Assembly: GCA_041664905.1 (NCBI GenBank)
Contig: JBAYJX010000004.1
Location: 1-53,411 of the forward strand
Reading direction: 5' to 3'
Source of the DNA: an archaeon
GTDB lineage: Archaea; Iainarchaeota; Iainarchaeia; Iainarchaeales; JAAZKV01
DNA length: 53,411 nt
The notes under the pieces are model-generated. The model saw only the letters and a program-made list of their open reading frames with translations. It made no database searches and was not told the origin of the DNA. A program made the position numbers and the translations under genes. Shown piece by piece: positions 27,025 to 33,986 of the stretch. Numbering within the stretch: position 1 is the first letter of the stretch; each line of letters begins with the position of its first letter.

Positions 27025-27234
27025 ATGGGTCTTGGAAGAGTTGGGAATAGAAGAGTAATGGGTGGAATTGGAACTAAAAAAGTAACAATTGGAACAGGGG
27101 TTACAAAAGGGATACCTACACCACAAATAAAAATGACTATTGGTTCAAAGGGAACTATTAGCCCAAAAGCTATAGCTGAAGCAAGAGCTGCACGAGATAT
27201 GTTACTTGCAGCACAAAAGAAAGCTAAGAATTAA
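27025..27234 (+). CDS. Small Gly/Thr/Lys-rich hypothetical protein
   Basis: 69-aa ORF preceded by GGTGA 5 nt upstream. It has internal (T)IG(T/S)xG repeats and no recognised family. Confidence 0.45.
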   Translation: MGLGRVGNRRVMGGIGTKKVTIGTGVTKGIPTPQIKMTIGSKGTISPKAIAEARAARDMLLAAQKKAKN

Positions 27235-27309
27235 ATAACGAGTTTTTCTTATTTTTTTTCTTAAACGCTGGTTTTTTATTCAAGAAAAGCTATATCAAAT
27301 AGTGAAACA

Positions 27310-27984
27310 ATGATTACAGATGACCGAGTAGAAGCACTCTTAGAGAAATATATTAAAAACAAATCCGTAGTTTCTTTTGGGACGGGCCCCACTAACGAAG
27401 CTTTCTTAAAAAAATTAGCACTATACGTTGAATCAAATGGATTAAATATAAGAGTTGTTCCGACTGCCCACACAATGGGAATACTTTGCTCTCAATTAAA
27501 ATTACCAACTGTTTCATTAAATGATGTTGATATTGATTTAGCATTTGATTTTGTTGACCAAGCAGATGAGGACTTTAATTATATTTCAAACGAAACCACT
27601 TCATTAATTAGAGACAAAATGATTGCACAAGATGCAGCAGAACTAGTTGTTATTTGTGATGAAAAAAACTTTGTTCCTCGATTAAATTGTGGAATGTGCG
27701 TAGAAGTAAGTTCATTTGCAATAAACAAAACCCTATCCCAAGTAATGAATTTAGGCGAAGCCAAACTAAGGAAAATAGGTGACAAACCCGTGATGAGCGA
27801 AACAGGACACTACTTTGTTGACATAAAGTTTGATGAAATATATTCGCTTGAAGACATTGATTACCAAGCAAAACGAATACCAGGAGTACTAGAAACAAGT
27901 TTGTTTATGGGATACGCTGACAGAGTAGTACTACACGGAAGCACTCTTACGGTAAAAAGCAGATTGGGAAACCCTGACTTGTGA
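27310..27984 (+). CDS. rpiA: Ribose-5-phosphate isomerase A-like protein (divergent)
   Basis: Overall RpiA layout: VVSFGTGPTNEAFLKKL (compare GxGTGST), DLAFDFVDQADEDF (compare DGADE) and IPGVLETSLFMGYADRVVL (compare GVVExGLF). Several remembered catalytic positions are substituted. Confidence 0.65.
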   Translation: MITDDRVEALLEKYIKNKSVVSFGTGPTNEAFLKKLALYVESNGLNIRVVPTAHTMGILCSQLKLPTVSLNDVDIDLAFDFVDQADEDFNYISNETTSLIRDKMIAQDAAELVVICDEKNFVPRLNCGMCVEVSSFAINKTLSQVMNLGEAKLRKIGDKPVMSETGHYFVDIKFDEIYSLEDIDYQAKRIPGVLETSLFMGYADRVVLHGSTLTVKSRLGNPDL

Positions 27985-28469
27985 ATGGTGCCCGCATGAA
28001 AAGATTGTTAGTGGCCGTGTCCAAAAAAATTGCAGATGAAGTAGAACATTATTGCCAAAAAAGAAAAGTGGCTATGCGAGTCAAAAACCATACTAATGAG
28101 ATTGTTGGAGGGGTATTGCGCGAAAGAATAAGAAAAAGTAATCTTTCTTCCGCAGAAAAAGAAAAACAAACAGTTGCTCTTGCCCAAAAACTGATGTCAA
28201 GAATAATTCTTGACGAAGCAAGAATAACTAATACTAGAATTGATCCAAAAAGAAGAAAAAAAGCGGAAGAAGTTCTTGGAAGAATTTTTACTTGGCTAAG
28301 AATAACCGAAAAACACGGAACAAATGTTGAAAATCATCCATTCAAAATTGAATTGAACAGACAATTGGCAGAGGTTTTAGGGGTCAGGGACAGTAGAAGA
28401 GTGATTAGGCAATTTAGATGGCTCGCAGAGATTTTGGAAAAACAAGAAAAAGATGCGGCGAAAAAGTGA
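27981..28469 (+). CDS. Hypothetical basic protein
   Basis: 162-aa ORF overlapping the rpiA stop (GTGA). ATG 27996 (MKRLLVAVSKK...) is an alternative start. K/R/E-rich and helical, with no family recognised. Confidence 0.45.
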   Translation: MNGARMKRLLVAVSKKIADEVEHYCQKRKVAMRVKNHTNEIVGGVLRERIRKSNLSSAEKEKQTVALAQKLMSRIILDEARITNTRIDPKRRKKAEEVLGRIFTWLRITEKHGTNVENHPFKIELNRQLAEVLGVRDSRRVIRQFRWLAEILEKQEKDAAKK

Positions 28470-28555
28470 ACTAGGCAAACACTAACTTTAGGCGCACCAA
28501 AAGCAAGTATTAAAATCTTTCTAAGAAGGTTTTCTTTAGAAGACAAATTACTTCA

Positions 28556-28628
28556 GCCACTGTAGATCAGCAGTTAGATCGCCTGACTCATAATCAGGAG
28601 GTCGGCGGTGCGATTCCGCCCAGTGGCA
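28556..28628 (+). tRNA. tRNA with CAU anticodon (elongator Met or Ile2), no intron, unusual T-loop
   Basis: Perfect manual cloverleaf: GCCACTG/CAGTGGC acceptor, GATC-AGCAGTTA-GATC D-arm, CCTGA-CTCATAA-TCAGG anticodon arm, AGGTC variable, GGCGG-TGCGATT-CCGCC T-arm, discriminator A. It lacks the A1-U72/GGG-CCC features of an initiator. Confidence 0.85.
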
Positions 28629-28675
28629 TAAGTTTAAATAATACTTAATTAAATTGTAAATAAGGTGATTGAGAA

Positions 28676-29095
28676 ATGACTGTGGTTGGTTCAACGAAGA
28701 TGTTAAAATTGTTACAAAGAGTCCGAGATAAAATAAAAAGAAAGGAACCAAGTCATTCAAGAGGAAAAGCCGTTGTTTCTGGTTATTTAAATCCAACTTT
28801 AAAAAAAGGTAGTCAAGGAATTTTAATTCGTACGGGAAGAATAGACGATGCTTATGGTTATGTTCGGACGCTTGCAAGCATTTGTAAAGGAAGACCCGCA
28901 ATTAAGACACGGGTTCTTAGAGTTTGGGCAGACCTTGAAAAGAAAGGAGTTAAGGGAGCAATTGAAATTGATGCTATGGAACCAGGGTCCAAGCTGGTGT
29001 CATTTTCACAGATGAGAGAGTGGCTTAATGATGGGTCAGTAGGCAAATCCAGTACTCAGTTAAATAATGATTTAAAAAGAATGACCCGAAAATAA
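28676..29095 (+). CDS. Hypothetical protein (cassette 1)
   Basis: 139-aa ORF. GGTGATTGAGAA precedes the ATG. No recognised family. Confidence 0.5.
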   Translation: MTVVGSTKMLKLLQRVRDKIKRKEPSHSRGKAVVSGYLNPTLKKGSQGILIRTGRIDDAYGYVRTLASICKGRPAIKTRVLRVWADLEKKGVKGAIEIDAMEPGSKLVSFSQMREWLNDGSVGKSSTQLNNDLKRMTRK

Positions 29096-29152
29096 TTGGG
29101 GTATTCTTTAATACTTTTCATAAAAGTGTTCTGCTCTGTTTCTGATACGAGT

Positions 29153-29220
29153 GAGAACAGATGAGTTAGTTTCGCATAGTAGTGCGATTCCGCCCAGCGG
29201 CATCATACTTAGTGTGATTC
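29153..29220 (+). repeat. Composite cassette boundary 1: GAGAACAG, then 31 nt, then GCCCAGCGGCA, then 6 nt, then TTAGTGTGATT. It includes a 21-nt tRNA 3'-end copy at 29182-29202.
   Basis: GTGCGATTCCGCCCAGCGGCA compared with the tRNA GTGCGATTCCGCCCAGTGGCA (28608-28628) shows one T-to-C difference. Confidence 0.8.
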
Positions 29221-29283
29221 TAACAAACTAAATAAATATGAGAAAAAACTAATACTTTTAACAGAGCAAGAACAGGTAAGGGT

Positions 29284-29862
29284 TTGTGGGTGATTAAGAT
29301 GAATTTATTCCAAAACAAAAGAAATTATTTAAACGATTGGTTGAAAAATAACAAATACACAGAAAAAGTATACAAAGAACAAAAAGACGCTTCAATAATA
29401 GAACCCACAGTAAATGAACTAAAGAACGCATTAAAACAATACGCGCCTCAAAGTATTTTAGAAATTGGGTGCGGTTGGGGCAGACTAATGAAACCAATAA
29501 ATAAGGAATTTAATTTAGAGGGGTGCGACATACAAAAAGAATATTTACAGGCCGCAAAAAAAGAAGGACTAAAAGTATATGAACTAGATATTGTAAAATC
29601 CGCCCCTCCCAAGAAATATGACTTAGTTTATTGTTATGGGTTATTTATGTATTTCAATGAGAAACAAATACAACAGGCTTTAGAAAATACAATAAAAATA
29701 ACAAACAAAAAAATAATAATATTTGAATGGGCAGATACGTGCGAAAAAATATTAAAAGCAGTTAATAAAGGACTAATACTAAATAGCAATAAATTAGAAC
29801 TACACATAATCCTAAATAAAGGATTGGAAGAATGGAAAAAAACAAAAAGAAGTTCAATGTAA
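29284..29862 (+). CDS. Class I SAM-dependent methyltransferase (cassette 2)
   Basis: Motif I ILEIGCGWGRLMKPI and post-I acidic residue LEGCDIQ, in a short 192-aa Rossmann-type protein. ATG 29299 is an alternative start. Confidence 0.7.
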   Translation: MWVIKMNLFQNKRNYLNDWLKNNKYTEKVYKEQKDASIIEPTVNELKNALKQYAPQSILEIGCGWGRLMKPINKEFNLEGCDIQKEYLQAAKKEGLKVYELDIVKSAPPKKYDLVYCYGLFMYFNEKQIQQALENTIKITNKKIIIFEWADTCEKILKAVNKGLILNSNKLELHIILNKGLEEWKKTKRSSM

Positions 29863-29887
29863 TAAAAAAAACAATGTTTAAGGGCGA

Positions 29888-29954
29888 GAGAACAGGGTGG
29901 CATCACACCACAAGGCTTTACTTGCCCAGCGGCACTTATCTTTTTAGTGTGATT
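29888..29954 (+). repeat. Composite cassette boundary 2: GAGAACAG, then 28 nt, then GCCCAGCGGCA, then 9 nt, then TTAGTGTGATT
   Basis: It has the same three conserved blocks in the same order and nearly the same spacing as 29153-29220. Confidence 0.75.
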
Positions 29955-30024
29955 TTTTTATGTTTTTTCTAGTTTCAATAGTTTTTTATAAGGTTTGAGA
30001 GAGTATTACTATTAGTGATGTTTT

Positions 30025-30213
30025 ATGGGTCAAACTGTTACTATGGATTTGTTGTATAAAGAAATTCTGTCTCTAAAAAAAGAAGTTGAGACAGTTAAAC
30101 GTGTTCTTATTTCTGATGAAAAGGTTTCGGCTAAAGAGCTTGCTGAAATCAAGTTAATCAAAAAAGAAATGCTTTCTGGAAAAGAAAAATCAATGAAAGA
30201 GGTGTTTGGTTAA
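30025..30213 (+). CDS. Putative antitoxin (cassette 3)
   Basis: 62-aa helical ORF whose stop overlaps the start of the RelE-like ORF by 8 nt, which is type II toxin-antitoxin architecture. No specific family recognised. Confidence 0.5.
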   Translation: MGQTVTMDLLYKEILSLKKEVETVKRVLISDEKVSAKELAEIKLIKKEMLSGKEKSMKEVFG

Positions 30214-30502
30214 TGAAAAGGTGTTGTGTTTGTTTGAAATCAGATTTAGCAACAAAGTCGATAAATCCTTGAAGGATTGTAATGAAAAATTAAAGAGTCG
30301 ATTAAAAGAGCTTTTTTTTAAACTACAAGAAGCGCCAGTCCCAGCAAAAGAATATGATTTAAAAAAAATTAGTGGTGTAGATGACACTTATAGAATAAGG
30401 CTTTCAAGTTACAGAGTAACTTACACAGTGTTTTGGGAAGAAAAAATAATTCGTGTACTGTTTGTTGAATTAAGAGATGGAAGTACATACAAGAATATGT
30501 AA
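30206..30502 (+). CDS. RelE/ParE-superfamily toxin (cassette 3)
   Basis: FEIRFSNKVDKSLKD...LKSRLKELFFKLQEAP...YRIRLSSYRVTYTVFWEEKIIRVLFVELR matches the YRIRxGDYRxIY...I pattern of RelE/StbE-type mRNA interferases. The true start is probably one of the in-frame TTG/GTG codons at 30221-30230. Confidence 0.7.
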   Translation: MVNEKVLCLFEIRFSNKVDKSLKDCNEKLKSRLKELFFKLQEAPVPAKEYDLKKISGVDDTYRIRLSSYRVTYTVFWEEKIIRVLFVELRDGSTYKNM

Positions 30503-30515
30503 CTGCCCTAAGTTG

Positions 30516-30535
30516 GCCCAGTGGTACTTATTTTC
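30516..30535 (+). repeat. Distal degenerate tRNA 3'-end copy (GCCCAGTGGTACTTATTTTC)
   Basis: 10/11 match to the tRNA core. It shares ACTTAT with the sequence after copy 3 (GCCCAGCGGCACTTATC). Confidence 0.55.
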
Positions 30536-30575
30536 AAAACCTCTGTTTTAATTCTTTTTTGTTCATATTATTTGT

Positions 30576-30743
30576 ATGGGTAGGAAAAGAATTACCCCAA
30601 AATCACCGGCTAAACCAAAGAAACCAATTAAGGCTCAAATTGAGTTTTTAAGAAAGTACGTGAATAGTAGGGTGTTTAGGGGAAATGTTCGTGTTAGACA
30701 ACAAAAAGCACTTGGGGCTTGGCCGCCAAAAGAAACCAAATAA
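30576..30743 (+). CDS. Small basic hypothetical protein (55 aa, below the ORF-track cut-off)
   Basis: My own translation gives MGRKRITPKSPAKPKKPIKAQIEFLRKYVNSRVFRGNVRVRQQKALGAWPPKETK. There is no clear SD, so coding status is uncertain. Confidence 0.3.
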   Translation: MGRKRITPKSPAKPKKPIKAQIEFLRKYVNSRVFRGNVRVRQQKALGAWPPKETK

Positions 30744-30817
30744 AGTGGTTTTTATTTTAAATTAATTCAATTTTTAGTTAGTGTCTATTTTTTAATAGTT
30801 TTTCTTTTACTTTTATC

Positions 30818-31420
30818 ATGTCTGATAGCATTTATACAAAAATTAGGTCTGCTATAGGAAAAGTTGCTGATGCAGGAGCGCATTTTAATGCAGCTAGCGC
30901 TGCGGAAGGAATCGGAAAATCTTTAGGTTTAAGCGACACAATGATACAATACACTCACGTTGAATTAAGAAACACTATTTATGAACCAGAGTTTAGAAAA
31001 GTGCCGCTTGATGAAAGAGTTTTGTTTTTACCCCATTGCTCAAGAAATATTAAAGTGTGTAAAGCAACAACTGATGAAGAAGGGATTCACTGCAAACACT
31101 GTGGCGGATGCAACATTGATGAAGCTGTTAAACTTGCTAAAAAAATGGGCTACAAAAAAACGTTTATTGTTCCTGGCGGGAGCATGGTAAAAAAAATACT
31201 AGAAAAACACAAACCAAAAGCCGCAATAGGTGTATCTTGTTTTCATGAAGCAGTAATGGCTTTTGAACTCGCAAAAAGCGCAGGGGTTATCCCTCAATCA
31301 GTTTTATTATTAAAAGATGGGTGCAAGGATACTTTGATTAATTTGCCTCTCTTAGAAGAAAAACTTGCTTTAGTAGATGAAAGAGTTTTAACTAAAGATG
31401 GAAAACTAAAAAACAATTAA
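30818..31420 (+). CDS. Cys-rich DUF116-like protein
   Basis: LPHCSRNIKVCKATTDEEGIHCKHCGGCNIDEAVKLAKKMGYKKTFIVPGGSMV resembles the conserved cysteine core of DUF116 proteins as I remember it. The N-terminal TM segments usual in that family are absent. Confidence 0.5.
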   Translation: MSDSIYTKIRSAIGKVADAGAHFNAASAAEGIGKSLGLSDTMIQYTHVELRNTIYEPEFRKVPLDERVLFLPHCSRNIKVCKATTDEEGIHCKHCGGCNIDEAVKLAKKMGYKKTFIVPGGSMVKKILEKHKPKAAIGVSCFHEAVMAFELAKSAGVIPQSVLLLKDGCKDTLINLPLLEEKLALVDERVLTKDGKLKNN

Positions 31421-31451
31421 CAGTTGCTTTAATTAAATAAGTGTTTGGATT

Positions 31452-32117
31452 TTAAATATCTTCAAATAATTCAATAAATCTTTTTATTTCATCAAAGTCC
31501 TTTGCTACAAAAATCGGGTTAAATTTTCTTAATTGGTTCTCTGTAGAAATTCCGCCGAGTTTAGCAATAAACTTTACTCCGAGTCTTTGACACATTAACC
31601 CGTCTTGAATAGAGTCTCCTACAAAAATAACTTCTTCTTTTTTCAAGTGCATTTTATTTATTGCTTTAAGTAATGGTTCAATATCTGGTTTTTTGTGTTC
31701 CACATCATCACTTGTAATTATAAATTTTAAACAATCTTTGGTTTTTTTATCAAAAACTTCATTTACAAACAAATGTCTTGAACCAGTAATAACTGCTAAA
31801 GGATATTTTTTGCACATTTCAACAATGAAAGGTTTTGCATCTTTAAACCAAAGATTTCTCGCTTTACATTTTCTTAACAATTTTACAAAAGTCTTTCTTC
31901 TAAACTCAACAAACTTAAATATGTCAAAACTAGTTTTCTTTGAATCCATTAAATAATAGGCTATGTCGCGTGAGTGACACATGGACAATTCCCTTAACTC
32001 TTGATGAGATACCTTAAATCCAAATTCTTCAATAGCGGTTTTGTCACTCGCCATGATTAGAGGGATAGAATCAATTAGAGTGCCATCAAGATCCAGTAAA
32101 ACAGCTTTAATATCCAT
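31452..32117 (-). CDS. HAD-superfamily hydrolase (phosphoglycolate phosphatase / PpaX-like subfamily IA)
   Basis: MDIKAVLLDLDGTLIDS (motif I), ITGS (motif II) and FVGDSIQDG (motif IV). Start taken at the internal ATG (32117) rather than the track start at 32165. Confidence 0.8.
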   Translation of the reverse strand: MDIKAVLLDLDGTLIDSIPLIMASDKTAIEEFGFKVSHQELRELSMCHSRDIAYYLMDSKKTSFDIFKFVEFRRKTFVKLLRKCKARNLWFKDAKPFIVEMCKKYPLAVITGSRHLFVNEVFDKKTKDCLKFIITSDDVEHKKPDIEPLLKAINKMHLKKEEVIFVGDSIQDGLMCQRLGVKFIAKLGGISTENQLRKFNPIFVAKDFDEIKRFIELFEDI

Positions 32118-32184
32118 GTTAGTTCTCGGATAAAGTAAGCCAATAAACAATATAAACCTAATCAAAGAAAGAATTTCTTAAGAA

Positions 32185-32248
32185 GCCCCGATAGTGCAGG
32201 AGCCTTTTGAAAAAAGGTTCGCGAAAAAAAGCCCTATCGGTTCAGGCT
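32185..32248 (+). repeat. Partial tandem duplicate of the tRNA-Glu 5' end joined to intron-like sequence
   Basis: GCCCCGATAGTGCAG (32185-32199) is identical to tRNA positions 1-15. The following GAGCCTT..AGGTTCGCGAAA..GCCCTATC parallels the intron GAGCCTT..AGGCTCGCGAAA..GGGCTATC. Confidence 0.7.
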
Positions 32249-32396
32249 GCCCCGATAGTGCAGCGGTCAAGCACAGTGCCTTCTCAGAGCCTTAATACAG
32301 GCTCGCGAAAGGGCTATCTTCGCGCTTTAGCGCTCGATAACCCCAAGCGAAAAATGGAATTAGGCATTAACCTGGGTCCGAATCCCAGTCGGGGTA
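32249..32396 (+). tRNA. tRNA-Glu(CUC) with a 75-nt structured intron at 37/38 (32287-32361)
   Basis: Manual cloverleaf: GCCCCGA/TCGGGGT acceptor (G1-U72), GTGC-AGCGGTCAA-GCAC D-arm, GTGCC/GGCAT anticodon stem, loop TT-CTC-A[intron]A, T-arm CTGGG-TCCGAAT-CCCAG, discriminator A. The intron has three hairpins (GAGCC/GGCTC, GCGAA/TTCGC, GCGC/GCGC). Confidence 0.75.
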
Positions 32397-32437
32397 CTTT
32401 TTTATACTACTTCTAACTTCTTGTTTATTGGGCATAA

Positions 32438-33970
32438 ATGAAAAAAATTGTTTTTGGAATAATTTTGTTAATTGTTTTGCTTTTATTTTTTGGATGCACT
32501 ACGCAACCATCTAATTCTCAAGAAGCGACTCAGCAACAGTCCATTCAGCAGTCTTCGGTTTCTCAAGGTTGTAAATATAATAATCCTTCTTGTGAATCCG
32601 ATTATAATTGTGTTAACAATCAGTGTACCTTAAAATTGGGTTGTCAATATAATAATCCAAATTGTAATGCAGGTTCTAATTGTATAAATAATAAATGTGT
32701 GCTTACAGTCATCAACTCTGTTGATGCGTGTATCAACCAATCTGCGGGCAGGGGAAAGTTAGATATTTTTGATTCCCATGTTCACATAATGTCCAAAGTT
32801 AGCACATCCCAAATAATTTCAGAGATGGATAAGGCGGGTGTGAGTATGTCATTATTGTATCCTATTGATGGGGATGATGATTCGAGTTCGCTTGAAGCTA
32901 TCTCTAAATATCCTGGTAGATTTATAGCGTTTGTAGATACTCCTGACTCTCCAGAGCCTTCAACTTGGTTAACGCAAGGCCAAGCATTTGTTAGATTTGC
33001 TGAGGCACAACTAAAAACAGGAAAATTTTACGGAATAGGAGAAACTAATTTAAGATATTATAGCGGAGACATAATTTCGCCTCCAACTGTTTATGTTCCT
33101 GCAGACAATTCAGTGTGGCTTGCGCTAGTGGATTTGTCAGCTAAATACCACGTCCCTATTTCGTTTCACTTCGTGCCTGATGATTCTGCTGCTAATGTCG
33201 CGTTTGAAAAAATGTTGAGTCATAACAAAGACGCTATTTTAATTTGGGCGCACCTAGGCTTTAATAACATGCCACTCGATAGTGCGAAACTCAACGACTT
33301 TCTCTTAAGATACCCTAATTTGTATTTTGATACCGCGGGGATTCAGAATATGCAAAACCCTTTGCCGCAATCCAATTCTAATTGGGCACTTCTCACAAGT
33401 CAATCTGATAAGGGTCAGTTAAAAGAAGAGTGGAGACAGTTCTTCCAAACATGGAACTCTCGTATTTTATTTGGTTCAGATGCAGGCGGGGGTCAAAATG
33501 GCCTAGAAAGATGGCTCAACTATTCAAGTAATACAAGTGATGGGGCGCCAGCTGATGCTATTGGGCATTGGATGCGTCTTTTTTCTAATTTAGAATATAG
33601 TGCTGCTCGTAACATCTTAAGCGGTAATGCCAGAACACTCTTTTTGAAAGAACAAAAACCACCTTATGATTATTTGATTTCATCAGGTGACGAGTGTCAT
33701 CACATTTTAGTAAGTTCCGCTTCCTCTGTTTCGGCTCTGGCTTTTAATCAGAGTACAAGCGTAATCACTTTTACAGTTGCTGATTCTAGTGAGACAAATG
33801 GGTCTGCAGTCATAACAATACCTGCAATGCTAGCCAAAGGAAACTTCATGGCGTTTGTGGATGGTCAGAGTGTTTCAATCAAAGAAGAGTCTAATTCTAC
33901 TAATACAATTATAACTGTTGAATATAGCGGCGGGATAAAAACGATTACTCTCAAGGGAAAGAAAATTTAA
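32438..33970 (+). CDS. Secreted/lipoprotein-like metal-dependent amidohydrolase (TIM-barrel, Amidohydro_2-like) with N-terminal tandem Cys-rich repeats
   Basis: Signal peptide ending FFGC-TTQP. Two tandem repeats GC(K/Q)YNNPxCxxxxNCxNNxC. Amidohydrolase marks follow: DIFDSHVHI, ISFHF, WAHLG and FGSDAGG. Confidence 0.7.
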   Translation: MKKIVFGIILLIVLLLFFGCTTQPSNSQEATQQQSIQQSSVSQGCKYNNPSCESDYNCVNNQCTLKLGCQYNNPNCNAGSNCINNKCVLTVINSVDACINQSAGRGKLDIFDSHVHIMSKVSTSQIISEMDKAGVSMSLLYPIDGDDDSSSLEAISKYPGRFIAFVDTPDSPEPSTWLTQGQAFVRFAEAQLKTGKFYGIGETNLRYYSGDIISPPTVYVPADNSVWLALVDLSAKYHVPISFHFVPDDSAANVAFEKMLSHNKDAILIWAHLGFNNMPLDSAKLNDFLLRYPNLYFDTAGIQNMQNPLPQSNSNWALLTSQSDKGQLKEEWRQFFQTWNSRILFGSDAGGGQNGLERWLNYSSNTSDGAPADAIGHWMRLFSNLEYSAARNILSGNARTLFLKEQKPPYDYLISSGDECHHILVSSASSVSALAFNQSTSVITFTVADSSETNGSAVITIPAMLAKGNFMAFVDGQSVSIKEESNSTNTIITVEYSGGIKTITLKGKKI

Positions 33971-33986
33971 AGAGTTAGAAACTCGG

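Larger units (their letters stand above)
28629..30540 (+). mobile_element. Array of three small cassettes bounded by direct copies of the tRNA(CAU) 3' end (putative serial integration remnants or cassette array, no local integrase)
   Basis: The core GCCCAG[T/C]GG[C/T]A occurs at 28618, 29192, 29924 and 30516. Copy 2 extends to 20/21 nt identity with the tRNA T-arm and acceptor. See the findings. Confidence 0.55.

Noticed and set aside
28548-28901. 117-aa minus-strand ORF overlapping tRNA(CAU) and the first cassette gene
   Set aside because: It runs through the tRNA gene on the opposite strand and is antisense to an SD-preceded plus-strand ORF. No motif supports it.
30981-31190. 69-aa ORF in an alternative frame inside the DUF116-like gene, and a similar one at 5639-5839 inside secY
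   Set aside because: They are embedded in longer ORFs with recognisable motifs and have no independent support.
32207-32416. 69-aa ORF from the track that spans the tRNA-Glu locus
   Set aside because: It overlaps the tRNA gene, its intron and the partial duplicate. The sequence is better explained as structured RNA.
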